This document shows positions 29,307 to 42,477 of a stretch of DNA of 64,000 nucleotides, in pieces. Source of the stretch: Marsupella aquatica (Eukaryota; Plantae; Marchantiophyta); the NCBI GenBank assembly GCA_973895155.1, contig OZ316894.1, positions 25,418,709 through 25,482,708 of the forward strand, in the 5' to 3' direction. The notes under the pieces are model-generated. The model saw nothing but the letters and a program-made list of their open reading frames with translations, was not told the origin of the DNA and made no database searches. Position 1 is the stretch's first letter, and each line of letters starts with the position of its first letter. Position numbers and translations under genes: made by a program.

Positions 29307-29969
29307 GGATTAGACTGGCTTCCACGAAGTGTGTGGACTTCCAGAATTGACCTATTGTAAGTGATGCTTGATCTAATTTTTCAATCACAAAACAAGTTTG
29401 GTCGACCATCTTCAGTACTCCAGGTTAAAGATGGTTACTTCGCTTCCCTTTGATTCCATTGTTTCCAATATTATACAGAATGTCATTGAAAGACCCCAGC
29501 CCATTTAATGTAGCTGTTTACCCTAATTAATTTAGAAGTTCACACTAATTATATTCACCCAGTGTATTGATATAGCATATTCATCCTGGAACATGAAAAT
29601 TTATTTTGTCCTCTAGCAAAAAGTTTAAGTTTTTTAATGAAATACAGGTGATCTAATTTATTGTGGCAAATATAAATAGGATATTGATTAGGAAGCCTGA
29701 CATTGAAAAGTTGTGCACATAATGTACAAGAATAAAAAGTACACATGTAAAGAAAATTAATAATGAACAGGAATTTTTTTTTAAGTCTATGGTATTGGGT
29801 TCTGCACATACTATACACCAGTAAAGATACTTATGTACTTATCTTAGGTAATGACACTCAAATGAATTAAAACCATAAATTTAGGACACAAAACCATGAG
29901 TAGAACTTAAAGACATGAGGAGTGCACTTTAATTAGATCATTTCTTCTTCACTAAGGGCTAAAACTTCC

Positions 29970-30183
29970 GTGAGCTTTGTTAAAGGGTGGATGATCAAAA
30001 GTATAGCAAAGATTGAAAAATTTAGAGGGGTGCCAGATTAAATTCAAAATCTAAAGTATACAAGGGATGCACCTTGGTGAGCTTTGTTAAAGGGTGGATG
30101 ATCAAAAGTATAGCAAAGATTGAAAAATTTAGAGGGGTGCCAGATTAAATTCAAAATCTAAAGTATACAAGGGATGCACCTTG
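29970..30183. repeat. Exact 107-bp tandem duplication
   Basis: GTGAGCTTTGTTAAAGGG..GGGATGCACCTTG at 29970-30076 and 30077-30183, identical by eye. Confidence 0.95.
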
Positions 30184-30765
30184 GTAAGACACATTGAATT
30201 AAAATACACAAGAAAAGAAATTTGAATAAGACAAAATACTGGAAGATGGATTCACCATATAGGAGTTTCATTCTTATCAGTATATGTAACTTGTATAAGT
30301 TCAATCTTTGAAAGTTTTCCAGTGAAACAATTTGTTACTCTTTTAACCATGGTTAGAGCACTTCCCTTTTTGGCAGCTACTAATGAGTTAACTATTCTAT
30401 AATATACTATAAATTATATTTACTTAAAGCAAAGCACTATTAGAACTACATTTATTCTCCTTCTTCTTCTTTGTTGTTGTTTTTTCTGCCTGAACGCCAC
30501 ACCAACTTTGGAAAATGCCATCGCTTTCATAGAGTCTAATCATGGTTAGAAAACTGGTCAGTCAAGCTTCAAATTAAAACTTTTGAAGCAATGACTAATG
30601 ACCACAAACAACTAAGGGAAGAACCCTTGGCCCATTTCTTTCAACATATGGTTTTTTAAATGTCATTAAAGTAATCACCAGATTGAAAACTACCAAAACA
30701 TAGACAAGGGGTGGCAAAGTGATAAATATTTGGAAAGTATGGCAGAATGCAAATTTTTGATTCTG

Positions 30766-30810
30766 AGATTTACTCTGTTGCACTGAAAGATTTACTCTGT
30801 TGCACTGAAA
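30766..30810. repeat. 22-bp tandem duplication
   Basis: AGATTTACTCTGTTGCACTGAA occurs twice. Confidence 0.9.
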
Positions 30811-32870
30811 CTATTGGAAATTATCGGCCAGTGAAACTATAAATTTGACAAATATGCTGTGGTTTACACTGGCTGACACCCATACAATTTGTCAGCTCAT
30901 CATTTGACAATGTCAACCCAACCTGCCCCTGGCAATGGCTAGAATCAGCACATAATTGCACAAACCTCACCCTCGTTGACTTCAGCCGCCCCTGCCTTCA
31001 CCGTCAAGGCTGACCTTTGCTCAATTGCAAAGTGACAAGTAAGAGTTTGCCAGAATTCCAAAGTGGGACTGGAATTGTAAATTTTGTATGCAACTCATTC
31101 ATAGTTTCTTGAGTTCTAACTGAGGCCGATCTAGTAGATTACGTATTTCAGACAGAGCTCTTTGTGCATATCTCAGAGATTCATAAGACCATGCCTTGAG
31201 CTTCGGATCCACAAAAGCTTTGAGGGTTGTCAAGCGGAAGTGTGAGTTTAACCATTGGCCTGCGCAACTCTAGTAATGATACAGATGCCGACTCCTCAAA
31301 GTCAAGTTTAGACATGGCATCAATTGTAGAGACTCAACAGTGACACCATGCTGGACTTAGATTCTCATTTGATTTGGGCAGTAGAAGGGACCAGTGGGAA
31401 TTGGAGGCCAAATCACTATAACCATTTGTATTGTATATTTATATGGATAGTACTACAGTAGGTATTTTTTACATTGTCCAGTTACTTCAAAGTCCAAGGA
31501 GTTCCCTTGAATATATTTCCATGTTCCTGCCTCCCAGATTGTTTTGATGGTATACTTGGATGGACAAAAAGTCAAAAATTTTCACCTAGTAGACTTGATT
31601 GAGATAGATCCAATTATCCACGGTCAAACACCCTTGGCCGAGCACGTCAGACCTGAGCTGCAATTGGCGCCCCTTGACTGGATGCTCCCTGGTGAGGACG
31701 AGGTGGGTGTAATGCAGCCTGGATTCACCATGGGTGGAATGTGCAGGAACAATGCTACTGCTAGATCAAGAGCAATTTGTGAATTGAGAAGAATGTGCGA
31801 GTCAGAATAAATCTCGTGCCTGGAGTGCACTCATTTTGAATCTGTAAGAGATGAGAGGGCCCAGTTCCCCGTAATGTGAAGATTCTGTGCTGTGCAATTC
31901 CCGAGTCAGATGGGAGTACCATATGGCATTGACTAATTGTGTTGGATGGCAATATGATGCGGCGGAGAAGCATACTGGTGAAGCTGTGGAAGGGAAACTG
32001 TAACTAGGTAGAGTAATACACTTGAAGAAAGTCACAGAAGTGGAGCCTACTCTGTAATCAGCCAATTGGTTTGCCTCGATTTGAAGCAGGGCTCCCTCCA
32101 TTGGCCTTCGAATACTGTACATGAATTTTCAGCTTCGTGAATTGATCCTTTAAACTAGCCACTTGGATTTAAAGTAGCCACTTAGATTTTTTTCCAACTT
32201 GGGTAAGTGAAAGGTCATCTTTTAAACGGGCACTTCATTGAAAACCTTGAGTGGATCTTAAAATTGATCTTTCAGAGGAGCAACTTTGATGGAAAGAAGA
32301 CGCAACGAACGTTTGAAATTTGTATCGGTGACACTTCTCCAAATGAAACCTTGAGTGGTGCGTTGAGCAAATGTATCTCTCAGCAGTAGCAAACCACAAA
32401 CATATCCAGGCCTTCAGTGATAGAAGCATTGTTGGCAGGTACTGAACAACATATATCTTTTTATTTCCGAATTGTTGTACAGATAACTATCCTAAAAAAA
32501 CGGATGTTCCTGCCTGGCAACGACCCGTTCAGCTATTTTACAGAGATATCAGTGAGACTCTTTGTAATTACTATCGAATTAGAACCTGCGCTATCAAACA
32601 AGGATCTTAGGTGACCTGTCACACAGTCGTAATTGTGATCGATCACAATTTGGTATCGTTAAGGTAAAATACTTGACAAGATCTCCAATATATACGAGAC
32701 AAGTGAGGGTCCATGAAAGCCACGTTGTTCATCTGCTGATAAGAAACTGTTGTAGTTGATAGATTCGGACATGAAAATCGACATCCCTTCAATACTATTA
32801 TCATCTCAGTTATCTGATGCATGGTTCGATGACAGCGAGTGGACAACCAGTTTCTCAGTGGGTATGCAAA

Positions 32871-35800
32871 TCAAAACCTTTCCTCGGCGCGTTTCCTCGG
32901 ATCTGTCCGTCGAAGTTTTAGCTGCAAGCAAAATCAAGCACCTGCACGTCAGCAAAGGTTCGAACGTGATTGATCCAAGGAAATAAGCGAGATAACGAGG
33001 GTCCAAATTACCTTTCCTTTTCCTGATGGTGCCATGTGGGCTCTCTTTGATTGTGGCGAAATGGGCCTTAAGTTAACTGATTGTTCACAAGAGTGACTTT
33101 CACAAAAAACCTCGGGAGACTTTTTCTGCAAAAAGCACATCATGAAAAGTGACTCAAAACAATTAAAATACTCCACCCTTGCAGTTGCATTGGGGATTGT
33201 CCTAAATATACGCTACAAACACTTGAAGAGTAAACTCACGCGAGTTCAAAGAATCACAGTGCCCATCCTGAACCAATCATATCACTCGGCTTCTTCTGAT
33301 CGAGGGTTCAGTCAGGATATGGTCCATACTTGTAGCAACTCTTGCCTAGCGAAACAAGTAAAGATGGATTACGAACAACCAACCTCTTGCTCAATTCTAA
33401 TTGACTCCACAAAGATTGCCACCTGCGATTCAAATCGAAGTATTTAAATGAGAACAAAGTCACACATTCTGTGTTATCCAAGTAATCTCAAGTCGGAACT
33501 TATTTCTGTGTTTTCATCATGCCAAGAGTGTTCTGGGATGAAGATATAAGAATCTGAAATGTCAGAGCCAAATCCGATGGGATCATGTTTCCCTCCATTG
33601 TTTACCCACCGATGAGCACTTTCACTGTGGCTTGAGGTGAACATCACGTACCTTGTCAACCAATGCCACGTTCTTACTGTCAGCTGCAACTATATGCACG
33701 CCGACGTAGAAACCTGTGCATCTGCCGCACACCAGCGGTTTGAACACACAGCCATCTTCTTCAACCCAGACTCCACTTTGCTGTATCATACAGTTACCAG
33801 GTTTGATTCCAGAAACTTCATGTTGAGGTTCTCGTCTTTCAGTGAGGTCAGATCCAATGCAGGAAATATCTGTGAAGTACACAGAAGCTGGGCTCAAAAC
33901 CCTAGGGCACTGCGTTCTATTAGAGTTCTGTAGAGTAGATAAGTAAGACTTCTGCAGTCTCCTGATCTCTGAGCTGCTTATAGTGCCGAGTTTAAGTCCA
34001 CAGCTGCAACAGTACATGATGGGACAACCTGAAGTATTGGAGACCATACCAGTGGTCTCTTGTGCAAAGATACCTTGTGCTTCGTGTCTACTAGATCTAT
34101 CCAAGCAACTCTGACGAGTTGGATTAGAAAAATAGTTGAACCTTTGGTCTGGGAGGTAACGACTAGTTGGGTTCTGCACCTCACTTCCAATTAAGTTGCA
34201 TAGGTCTGTATTCAACCTAGAACCTCCCAAATTGGACATTGAATCGAGCTGGCATCGGGTTTCCACGCTAGCAGATAGAAGCTCTTCTACATGGTCTTCA
34301 ATCTTCATTGAAGAATATAACGGTCCATCAGCATCTGCTATACTCACTGTATTGTTATCGTCTTGGGAGCAAATTCGGTCACTTCCTCTTGTGTTAAAAG
34401 AATAAGAAACACTTTTCAGTTTTTCCAGACTACTGAAAGGCGTGCCTGAAACTAAAACTGGGGCGTCACCACCGGGGTCTTCATTCTTGGGACTGGAAAT
34501 CGGAGTAGCGTACAAGGAGCGGGGTTCTGTCAAAGACTGTGGACCTATTACAGCCTCACAAAGGCCAGAGGCTTCTTGTTGACCACAAATGCCTCCATAG
34601 CAGAAAGTCGGAGTTGGTTTTGGCTCTGTAGCATCAAATTGAGGCAAGAGGCCAGACCTGTCGTGTTGACAAATTATGGACAAGTAGGTATTAAATTCTC
34701 AAGCTCTTTGCATAGTGATTGCACAGAACGCATCAGGAAACGAGACTGAACACAACACAACAGACAAGAAACGAAAAGAGAGACATTAGGACCCAAAGCC
34801 GTCTGCTCGGATATATACCTCAGACATGGAGAGCTAAAAACAGGTCCTTCATCAACTGTGAATTTTCTCAGAGTCTCAGATGTTTTACAGAACTCCAACG
34901 CATTGCTCACACGCAGCATACCACCCTCTGACTTGAGCGGTGTGATTGGTAGCGGAGTGATGGGACTGGGTGCTCTGTTCTGCCCAGGAAGTGCAGGCTC
35001 AAGACGCTTTAGAGGAACTTCTTCCACTAGAGTTCCACCTGCTGGTCCCAAATCAAGTTCCTGGGACTCAACCGGAACAAGAGAGACAGCTGAGTACAAA
35101 ACAAACAAAACAAAACAAAACAAATGCGTTGGCTACTGGGTTCCTCTACTGAGCAAGTGTCTCGCAAATGGTTGGCATATCGATAACTGAACTAGTGCGT
35201 TCTAGCTGGTTGGTTCATGTTTACATATCCAACAAAAACAGCATGGAGAGTTGGCATGCGAGGGAAGACCTTGATACGGACGAAGAAATCTTGAAGTTCG
35301 ATCATTGATGCTTGAAAGTTATCAAATTGTCGGATGGATTTCCGCAACCACTTGGACATATATTCTATATTCCTGGTTGCTCTAAACCGTTCATCTGCAC
35401 AGGAATGGTTGGTCATGACAGACACCTGACGAAAGATTCTGCAAAGTGCATGTTATGCAGGGAGGAAATCCTCTTCTTCACTCCTAAATTACGGTATACC
35501 ATTACAGCAAAATGTCAACCGTAACAAAGGACACTCACCAAGCAGGATAATACCACCATAGTCATAGCGATGTCGTATGCAGCGACCTGCACATTGCAAA
35601 ACCTGCCCAGGTTAGTTGGTGGTAAGCTGGAAGTCAAGTCACTGAGTCACTGTCGTAAAATTTACTCACCAACAGCCTGATTCAGAGCTCGAAATGCTTG
35701 TTGGCAGTACCATTGGTCCCCACTCAATAGTTTCTTTGTTACTTGATATGTTGAGTTGTATTGTTTCTTAAGGCTCACTTGAATGTCCTTCCTGTAAGTA

Positions 35801-38800
35801 GGTACGGAAACAGAGTTTCAGTGCCTTAAGCTGGCTTCACAGACGCCAAGCAACCACAACAAATTTACAAAAACGTTCGTGCTGTTTTTCAGACAAATAA
35901 AGAGTTCCACAGTACTTGACAAATTTAAAAGGTAGCCTACAATGTTGGCCATTAGCTTGGGAAGAGCAGAGAGCACACAGCAGAAGATGACCACCAACAG
36001 AGAATGAATGAATAGTTTTCCAAGTTAAAGATTTTCAATCAGAACCACGGCCAGAAGGTAACAACAAAATGAATTCAACGTCTTTAACAGAGTTGACTTC
36101 GGAGGGCTCCCTCATCCATCAGCCTCAAAATGAGTTACCAGGACATAGGCAATTGAGGGACCCAGCTAGAAAAGAGTTTTGAGACATAAATGGTGAGAAT
36201 ATCTGAAGATGGAGTGGTTTCCATGCTATCGTTCTCCCTAGGTGCATACCTAGCAGCCTATGAATCAAGCAATATAAAAGTCCACAGGTCCCAATCAGAT
36301 CATTGGACAAAATGTGCCGAGGCGGCCAGGTAGCCACAATGTCCAAGCAAGCTAAGTCGCAAAACAAATTAAACTAAGATATTTGTGCTGGTAATCTTTC
36401 ATCTCTTTCATAAAACGATCTGATTTTAGAATGCTAAGGAATGAGTATTTTCAGCAGACAGGTTTGGATTTCGGAGAAAGGGAGCGACTCTTACACATTT
36501 GGAAATGGAATCCCAATCAAAACCTGTGTTCCTGAAGTTAAGTAAAGCAACGAATGCAAGAGTGGTTAAGTGCAGAGCAGCGGAATGATCGAGAGAGATC
36601 CTAGTCAGTAGCTCTACCCCTTTATACATCTGCCAAAGAATCTCCCATGTCAATCTTGTCTCCCAATACCCAAGCAAGATATGAAATCCAGCGCGCTTCC
36701 TTTTAAATAAATGGAAGGGACTGTTTTTCAAGTGAAATGAAGGATACGACAGCTCTTGCATTCTTGTCCGAGAAGTCTATGCCCTCAGAGACCTACACGC
36801 AAACACGAAGTCCACAACCCAAACATGAACGACTAAGTGTACAACTGATAAAATCATTGAAAACACAAAGCTGTTGAGCAGTACAGCTAGATGGACAAGA
36901 CAGTAATGAAGCTTAGATAATTAAGTAAACATTAGTGGGCCGGGTGATAGGATCGCGATCAAAACCCTGAAAATGAACTAAAGAGACGCACAATACCAAA
37001 AACCGAAACCTAATGAACCCAAGCAATCAGTCTGGGTGGATGGTGCCCATATTGGCTCTAGTTGAAAGTCAAATGACTACCTTTCCGCGGCACACTGCTA
37101 AAAATGCTGCTCCGTTTGTTTGACGGCTTCCAGCAGATTCCTGCACCGGTGACTTGAGTGCATTCTTCGACTTCTTTGTTGTCTGTGCGTTTTCTGGAAA
37201 ACCACCCTTGATCGCTCTATAGTAAGCTTGCAACTCAGACTCAAACTTATTATCATTGACTCGAGGTTCTGCCACAAATCACAGAAGAATATCAGCCATA
37301 TACGAAATTCTAGAGCCATGCAAGGCATTTTCACTGCTCCTGGAGACTTCTGCATGGACAGTTCTACAGATAGACAAGAGGATCTTGGACCAATAAAAGG
37401 TTGATAAACAAAACACCGTTTGACCCCAGGAATTTGAAAGACAAGCATTTCCAGTGGCAACAAGCACCAGCTCTCTGTTTACCTATAAAGAGCGGTTTGT
37501 GACTAGCAAGAAGATGCCAGTGACCAGTAGACTGCCATCGATCACACAACTTTGTCAAAAGTTTATAACTTGGAAGGAACACCAACACCCCATCGGGTGT
37601 GACTTTGAAAATCTCCAACAGTGCAGCTCCAACAGCATCCTACATCACACATAATAAATTTCAATTGGAGCTGGAAAGGATCTGCAATTAAAAAGACAGC
37701 AATGCTACAATCGGGCCTTCGTCAGCTCCATTTGTCATCACATATCACCTGAAAGACGAGGTTTTCAGCATTCTTGTAGCTGGCATTCAATACCACTTCG
37801 CTGGGCCCCACTGATACGGCTGCAGCCCAAACCTGTCAACAAATATTTGTCAAGGCATGCCAGAATCCAAATCAAGTGCAAAAATGGCAAGTGCTAATTT
37901 ACACTTATCTCAAAGTCAAGGAGGCCATTTCCTTCCTACCTGAGTTTCCATGTCAACAACATGTGGAGCTTCAATGCGGACATCAAACAATACACCCAGT
38001 TCAGAAGCAAATGACTCAACCGGTGCCAGAGTTCTGAGAATAACCAAAAAATAGCACATAAAGTCGTTGATCAGTAGCATAGGAAGGATATTCGCACCAG
38101 CACATGATACCTACAACCTTGTCTCTAATGATAAGCTTGTCTCAAGAAATTTCAATTCTTATTCAATGACTAACAAAACCCATAAGCATCAGTTGGCATA
38201 TAGATCAGACAGGCAGGCATACAGGTAAACAATCGCAAGACATAACTGATTCTCCACTGACCCATCACACAGTATGTGTTCGATAAGCTCTATACATAGA
38301 TAAGAATTCCAAAATGATTCACCCCGGAGGTGCCTGATGATTCATACTCTTCTTAAATAGCGAGTCATATCTTACCCTGAGGTCACAATTATCGAGCGAG
38401 AGACAGTTGCGATCTCCTCAAACACAACTGCTGGATTTAAGCACCATAAGCTTACACAAACAACCCATGCGGGTGCAGAGAAGTCTGCAAGAAACATCTA
38501 AATTCTCAGCTCTCGAATATTGAATGGTGATTTGCTGACATAAACGCAACTTTCACCGTCTATCAACATTGGTAACACCATTGATCAACTTTGTCCTTCA
38601 CAAATATTTACCGTTGCCTCTCCTCACAAATTTTTGAACAACGAGCTGATAGTCCACAGCCCTACTTGCACTGTTCTGGAGCATGAACTGTAATACCCTG
38701 AACAGACCTGAAGTTCCAATAACATCAGCCGATCACTTCTAATATTTGCATGGGCAAAAGCAAACACAAGCCAAGAGTTGAAAATGATCTTATCAAGGAT

Positions 38801-41800
38801 ATCAGTATCTTTCAACAGAAGAGATTTTGGAGAATATGCTCATATAATATTGCAGGGGAATCCATACGTTCAAGCACTTTAGCTGAGCGCCCAGTCAAGT
38901 GGTTTACATCGTCATCGGAAGCAGCTGCCACAGCCTGCACACAAGAGAGATTCTAACAGGTGAGCAAAACTCCAGCAGCTGATAATGGTTTGCAGAAAGT
39001 CGTTTGTCCAAATACTGTTTGAGCATAAGAATGGGTAATTATCCAGTCATATATAGGACCCTTTCAAATAATTGCCCACGATCAAAACTTGACCTTCTGG
39101 CAGAAATTCAGAAGAACTTCAAAGCTTTCAAGTGGAATGCCAGCCGCTCGCAGTTCTTGTACTGCTTTACCACCGGTCCAGCTGTGAAGCACAGACAATT
39201 GGCTATCGTTACTTGGTTGTTCTTAAATCTTTCTGGAGTATTTCCCATCTTTTGCAACATAATGCCATACGAAGCAACTACTGTAATCGTCTTACTGTGC
39301 AAGATCAGTACTTTCAATCCTGCGATAAACGACCCACCAGCACTGATGTCAAACACACTAGCTTAAAGTCTCAAAAGCAACTCACCAGGACCAGTGACGC
39401 TCGAACTCTGATCTAATCAAATGGTTGGATTGATATTCAGTCCATCCGAGCAAGTCCTGCACACAAACAACTGCAATAAGCGAACCCCCAGACAAGCAAT
39501 ATTGGAAGTGAAGGAAATGCGTCCCCCTCCCAGACATTCCACTACCTCTATCATTCGACGACATCCTTTCACATGAAGGTACGGCTTGCTACGAAAATTC
39601 TTTCATCGGATCTCCATAGAGAAAGAATCGTCTATGGGGAAGAGCACGGGACCTCAGAAAGTAAAAGTAATTGTGAAAATAACTGCCTAGTCCACCTCAC
39701 AAGAGTTTGCTTTGATGGCTAGCTTCATTTGTTTACACTTTCAAATTGCTCCTATTGACTCTACTACAGGTATTTTACAATCTCAGGTGGCTTCGTTTTA
39801 GTTTTCAGCACAGCCTTAACTATGGCCAATTTCAACTTTAACGCGTGAACTTTTGGTACTTTGTGCTGCCGGCCTCTTCCACATCTAAGGAATCTGGTGG
39901 ATTTCAAGACCGATAGACCCGTTAGTTCTGTTTTGTTTTATCAACTTTTGCAGGAATAAAAACTGGCAAACACTGCGGGAACTCGTCCACTCTATACCTG
40001 GATCATTTCAAGAAGAGGATGATAATAGTCTGCCCTTGCTTCAGTGTTACAAAGCTCCTCAAGCTCTGACCGCAGATCTGTATCCTTGGGGAAGCAAATA
40101 ATATTTTTCAGAACCGAAACAACTCGAAAGGTTTGAAAACTTGTCAGGAGACTATTTGCAGAGTCGGCAAGCATAGCCCAATTACCTAAAAGGACACTTG
40201 TCTCCAAATCTACACTTCCTGCTTCCCGAGCCACATCCTCAATGTTGCTGCAATGTCACCGAGACCGCATCTTAATATGCAAGTTCGTGATTTCAAGTAG
40301 TAAGGGAACAAAGACTGCATTTTCTAGATTGACCTTACACGCCAGCTTGATACTGATATTGACATCAATCTGGCATGAGTGTCTGAAGCACATCACAAAC
40401 CAATCCCGATAACTTACTAAGCAACACTCGAGCAATTCGCGGCAACAAACTGAAATTAGTCATAACACATTATATTCCCTTCCCCCATTCAAATTCCAAA
40501 TTTTGCAATGAAGCTGGGTCATTTTATTGAAGATCATACTGTGCTTCGTCAAATATGATAATGGATCCTTTAATATCAGCCTCCACAGCCTCCCGTATGA
40601 TGGGATCTACGATATATGAATATGGACAGAACACAATCTCGGCCGCCATTGCCATTTCCCGTGCTGCAAAGTAGGCACAACCTGCAGGCATTTGAGAGTC
40701 AGTAAGTAGGGTCAAGGGGCACTACTGAAAAGTTGTTGCTCCAGCCTTCCAGTTTTGCTTCACAAAACTCACCCTTGACTGCACGCCCTATCTTTACAAG
40801 GTCTTCGATGTCATGAATGTCATTACAGCCACCAGGCAGAATTGATGGATGACCCTTCACTTTTGCTGCATTCCTGTACATTCATCATAAGCCCATATCT
40901 GTGATGCTTAGTAGCAGAATTACGAAGTTTCAGATGTCTTCTTGGGCAAGTAGCAATCATCCGTTGCAAACCTCGTAACCCACCGTATAAAGTTCGTGGA
41001 GGCGTACAGATTACAATGAAGACCGCAAAAACTACTCTGCTGAAAGTAAAGTCAACCACAGAAAATCGTCTACAAAAGAAATAAGATCACCAAATAATCC
41101 GCCAGATCCATCACTTCAATTTTCAAAACATATGGCAATAGGTACCTGACGGCCTGCAGCCATCATCCTACAACAAATCATATACTTTTGACTCGAGCGA
41201 CCAGTTGAGGGAAATGATTACCCAAAATAACGACAGCCAGGTAGCTCAGGTGGTCCACGTAGTAAGGCTAAGCTGCAATCCAGGTCCAGCATGTCAGGGG
41301 TAATTGATTACAAGCAAAAGACACAAATTTGATATACCTGTAATACTGCGCAATTTGCAAAGCATCTGCATCTGAAGGGTGGAGATCCAACAAGAAGATT
41401 CCGTGCAAACTATTACCAGTCTTCATCCACATTCTTGTTCTTCAGAACCTGCTTATTCGTGCAGTAATGCTTCTTCGCTGCCTGCGAATCCATATCAGGT
41501 TAGGTAAAAAGTGAAGAATAGAGAGGGACTCATGTTAGAGATAGTTGATCAGAAATCTATCTGGACAAGCGGTGCCAACCGCAACTTGACCCAAATTCAC
41601 TCCGCATAACGTTGCTGATACGCTTTTGCCTCCGTGCAATGAAAGATATATTATACTGGAAAGCTCGTACTCAATTTGGATGATAAGGTATTCGTTTCGG
41701 AGGCAAGTCACCCACCAGTACAGCCATTCGCACTCGGTACTTTGTTTTCCGAAACTCTCGGATGACCTGACTAATTTGAGCATGGGTCCTCCTGCATTGG

Positions 41801-42477
41801 GTGTCCTACCTTATGTTAAATGAGACTCCACTTATATAGAGAGCCGAACTTTAGCACTGAGCTTAAAAAAATGAATGGAGTGAACTACATAATTGTGATC
41901 GGCGTAGGAACAAGTCCAGAATTCTTCAAGTTGCTTTCCTTGAAACAAAAACTCACGTCGCATAGAAGATTCTCGGCACTTTACGTATGGTCTCATTTTG
42001 ACAGGTGCCATTTTCGGATTCCAAACCTGCATAGTTTTGTAATGCAGACAAAACAGAAGTGAACATAGGTTTCTGCTGCATGAATAAATTCCAAATGTTT
42101 GAACTCCAAAGTGTCAGCTGAAGTGATTGTAATGACCTTGCTGTCAAATTCCCACCTGTGGAGGGATCTTCGACAATAAAGCCCCCACCGGCAACAAGGG
42201 GATCGCTCGTAGCAAATGTGCTTCCTGCTTCTGGGTTTGAAGTAGGCTTGGAACTCAGGACTTTATAATGCTGTTGCCAAGCAAGTGTAGCGCAGAGCAG
42301 AGCCAGCGATTTTCCAGAGCCAGTCGGAGATTCCAATAGGGCGTTGCACTTACCGTCCTGTCTTAGACGAGACTGTTCCAAAGTGGCTACGACCTTACTC
42401 ATGTAAGCTAACTGTGGCCCATAAGCCTTGTATGGGAATTCGACGGTGATTCCCCCAATTTTATATTCCTTTGTCAT
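32871..42477 (-). CDS. FANCJ: FANCJ/BRIP1-like XPD-family Fe-S DNA helicase, more than 20 exons; last exons uncertain
   Basis: [23 protein letters not shown]; Walker [18 protein letters not shown]; plant-FANCJ-type DPLVAGGGF; [14 protein letters not shown]; four Fe-S Cys ([23 protein letters not shown]); [10 protein letters not shown]; FCPYSYI; IFDEAHNIED-type Walker B spanning an intron; [10 protein letters not shown]; TSGTLAP; GVLVFLPSY; [15 protein letters not shown]; GIPFPN; [21 protein letters not shown] long low-complexity C-terminus follows, with a tentative last exon [16 protein letters not shown]. Confidence 0.93.
36524..36747 (-). other. U12-type (minor spliceosome) GT-AG intron in FANCJ
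   Basis: Donor GTATCCTTC follows KNARAV. Branch-site-like TTTACTTAAC lies 13 nt before the intron end. Splicing restores [14 protein letters not shown]. Confidence 0.82.

Noticed and set aside
31100-32120. Coding-like decayed sequence with short ORFs on both strands
   Set aside because: No motif I could assign; it may be TE or pseudogene debris but this cannot be supported.
33500-33553. Alternative FANCJ terminal exon [17 protein letters not shown]
   Set aside because: The downstream exon [13 protein letters not shown] continues the C-terminal module better; this one remains possible only as a minor isoform.
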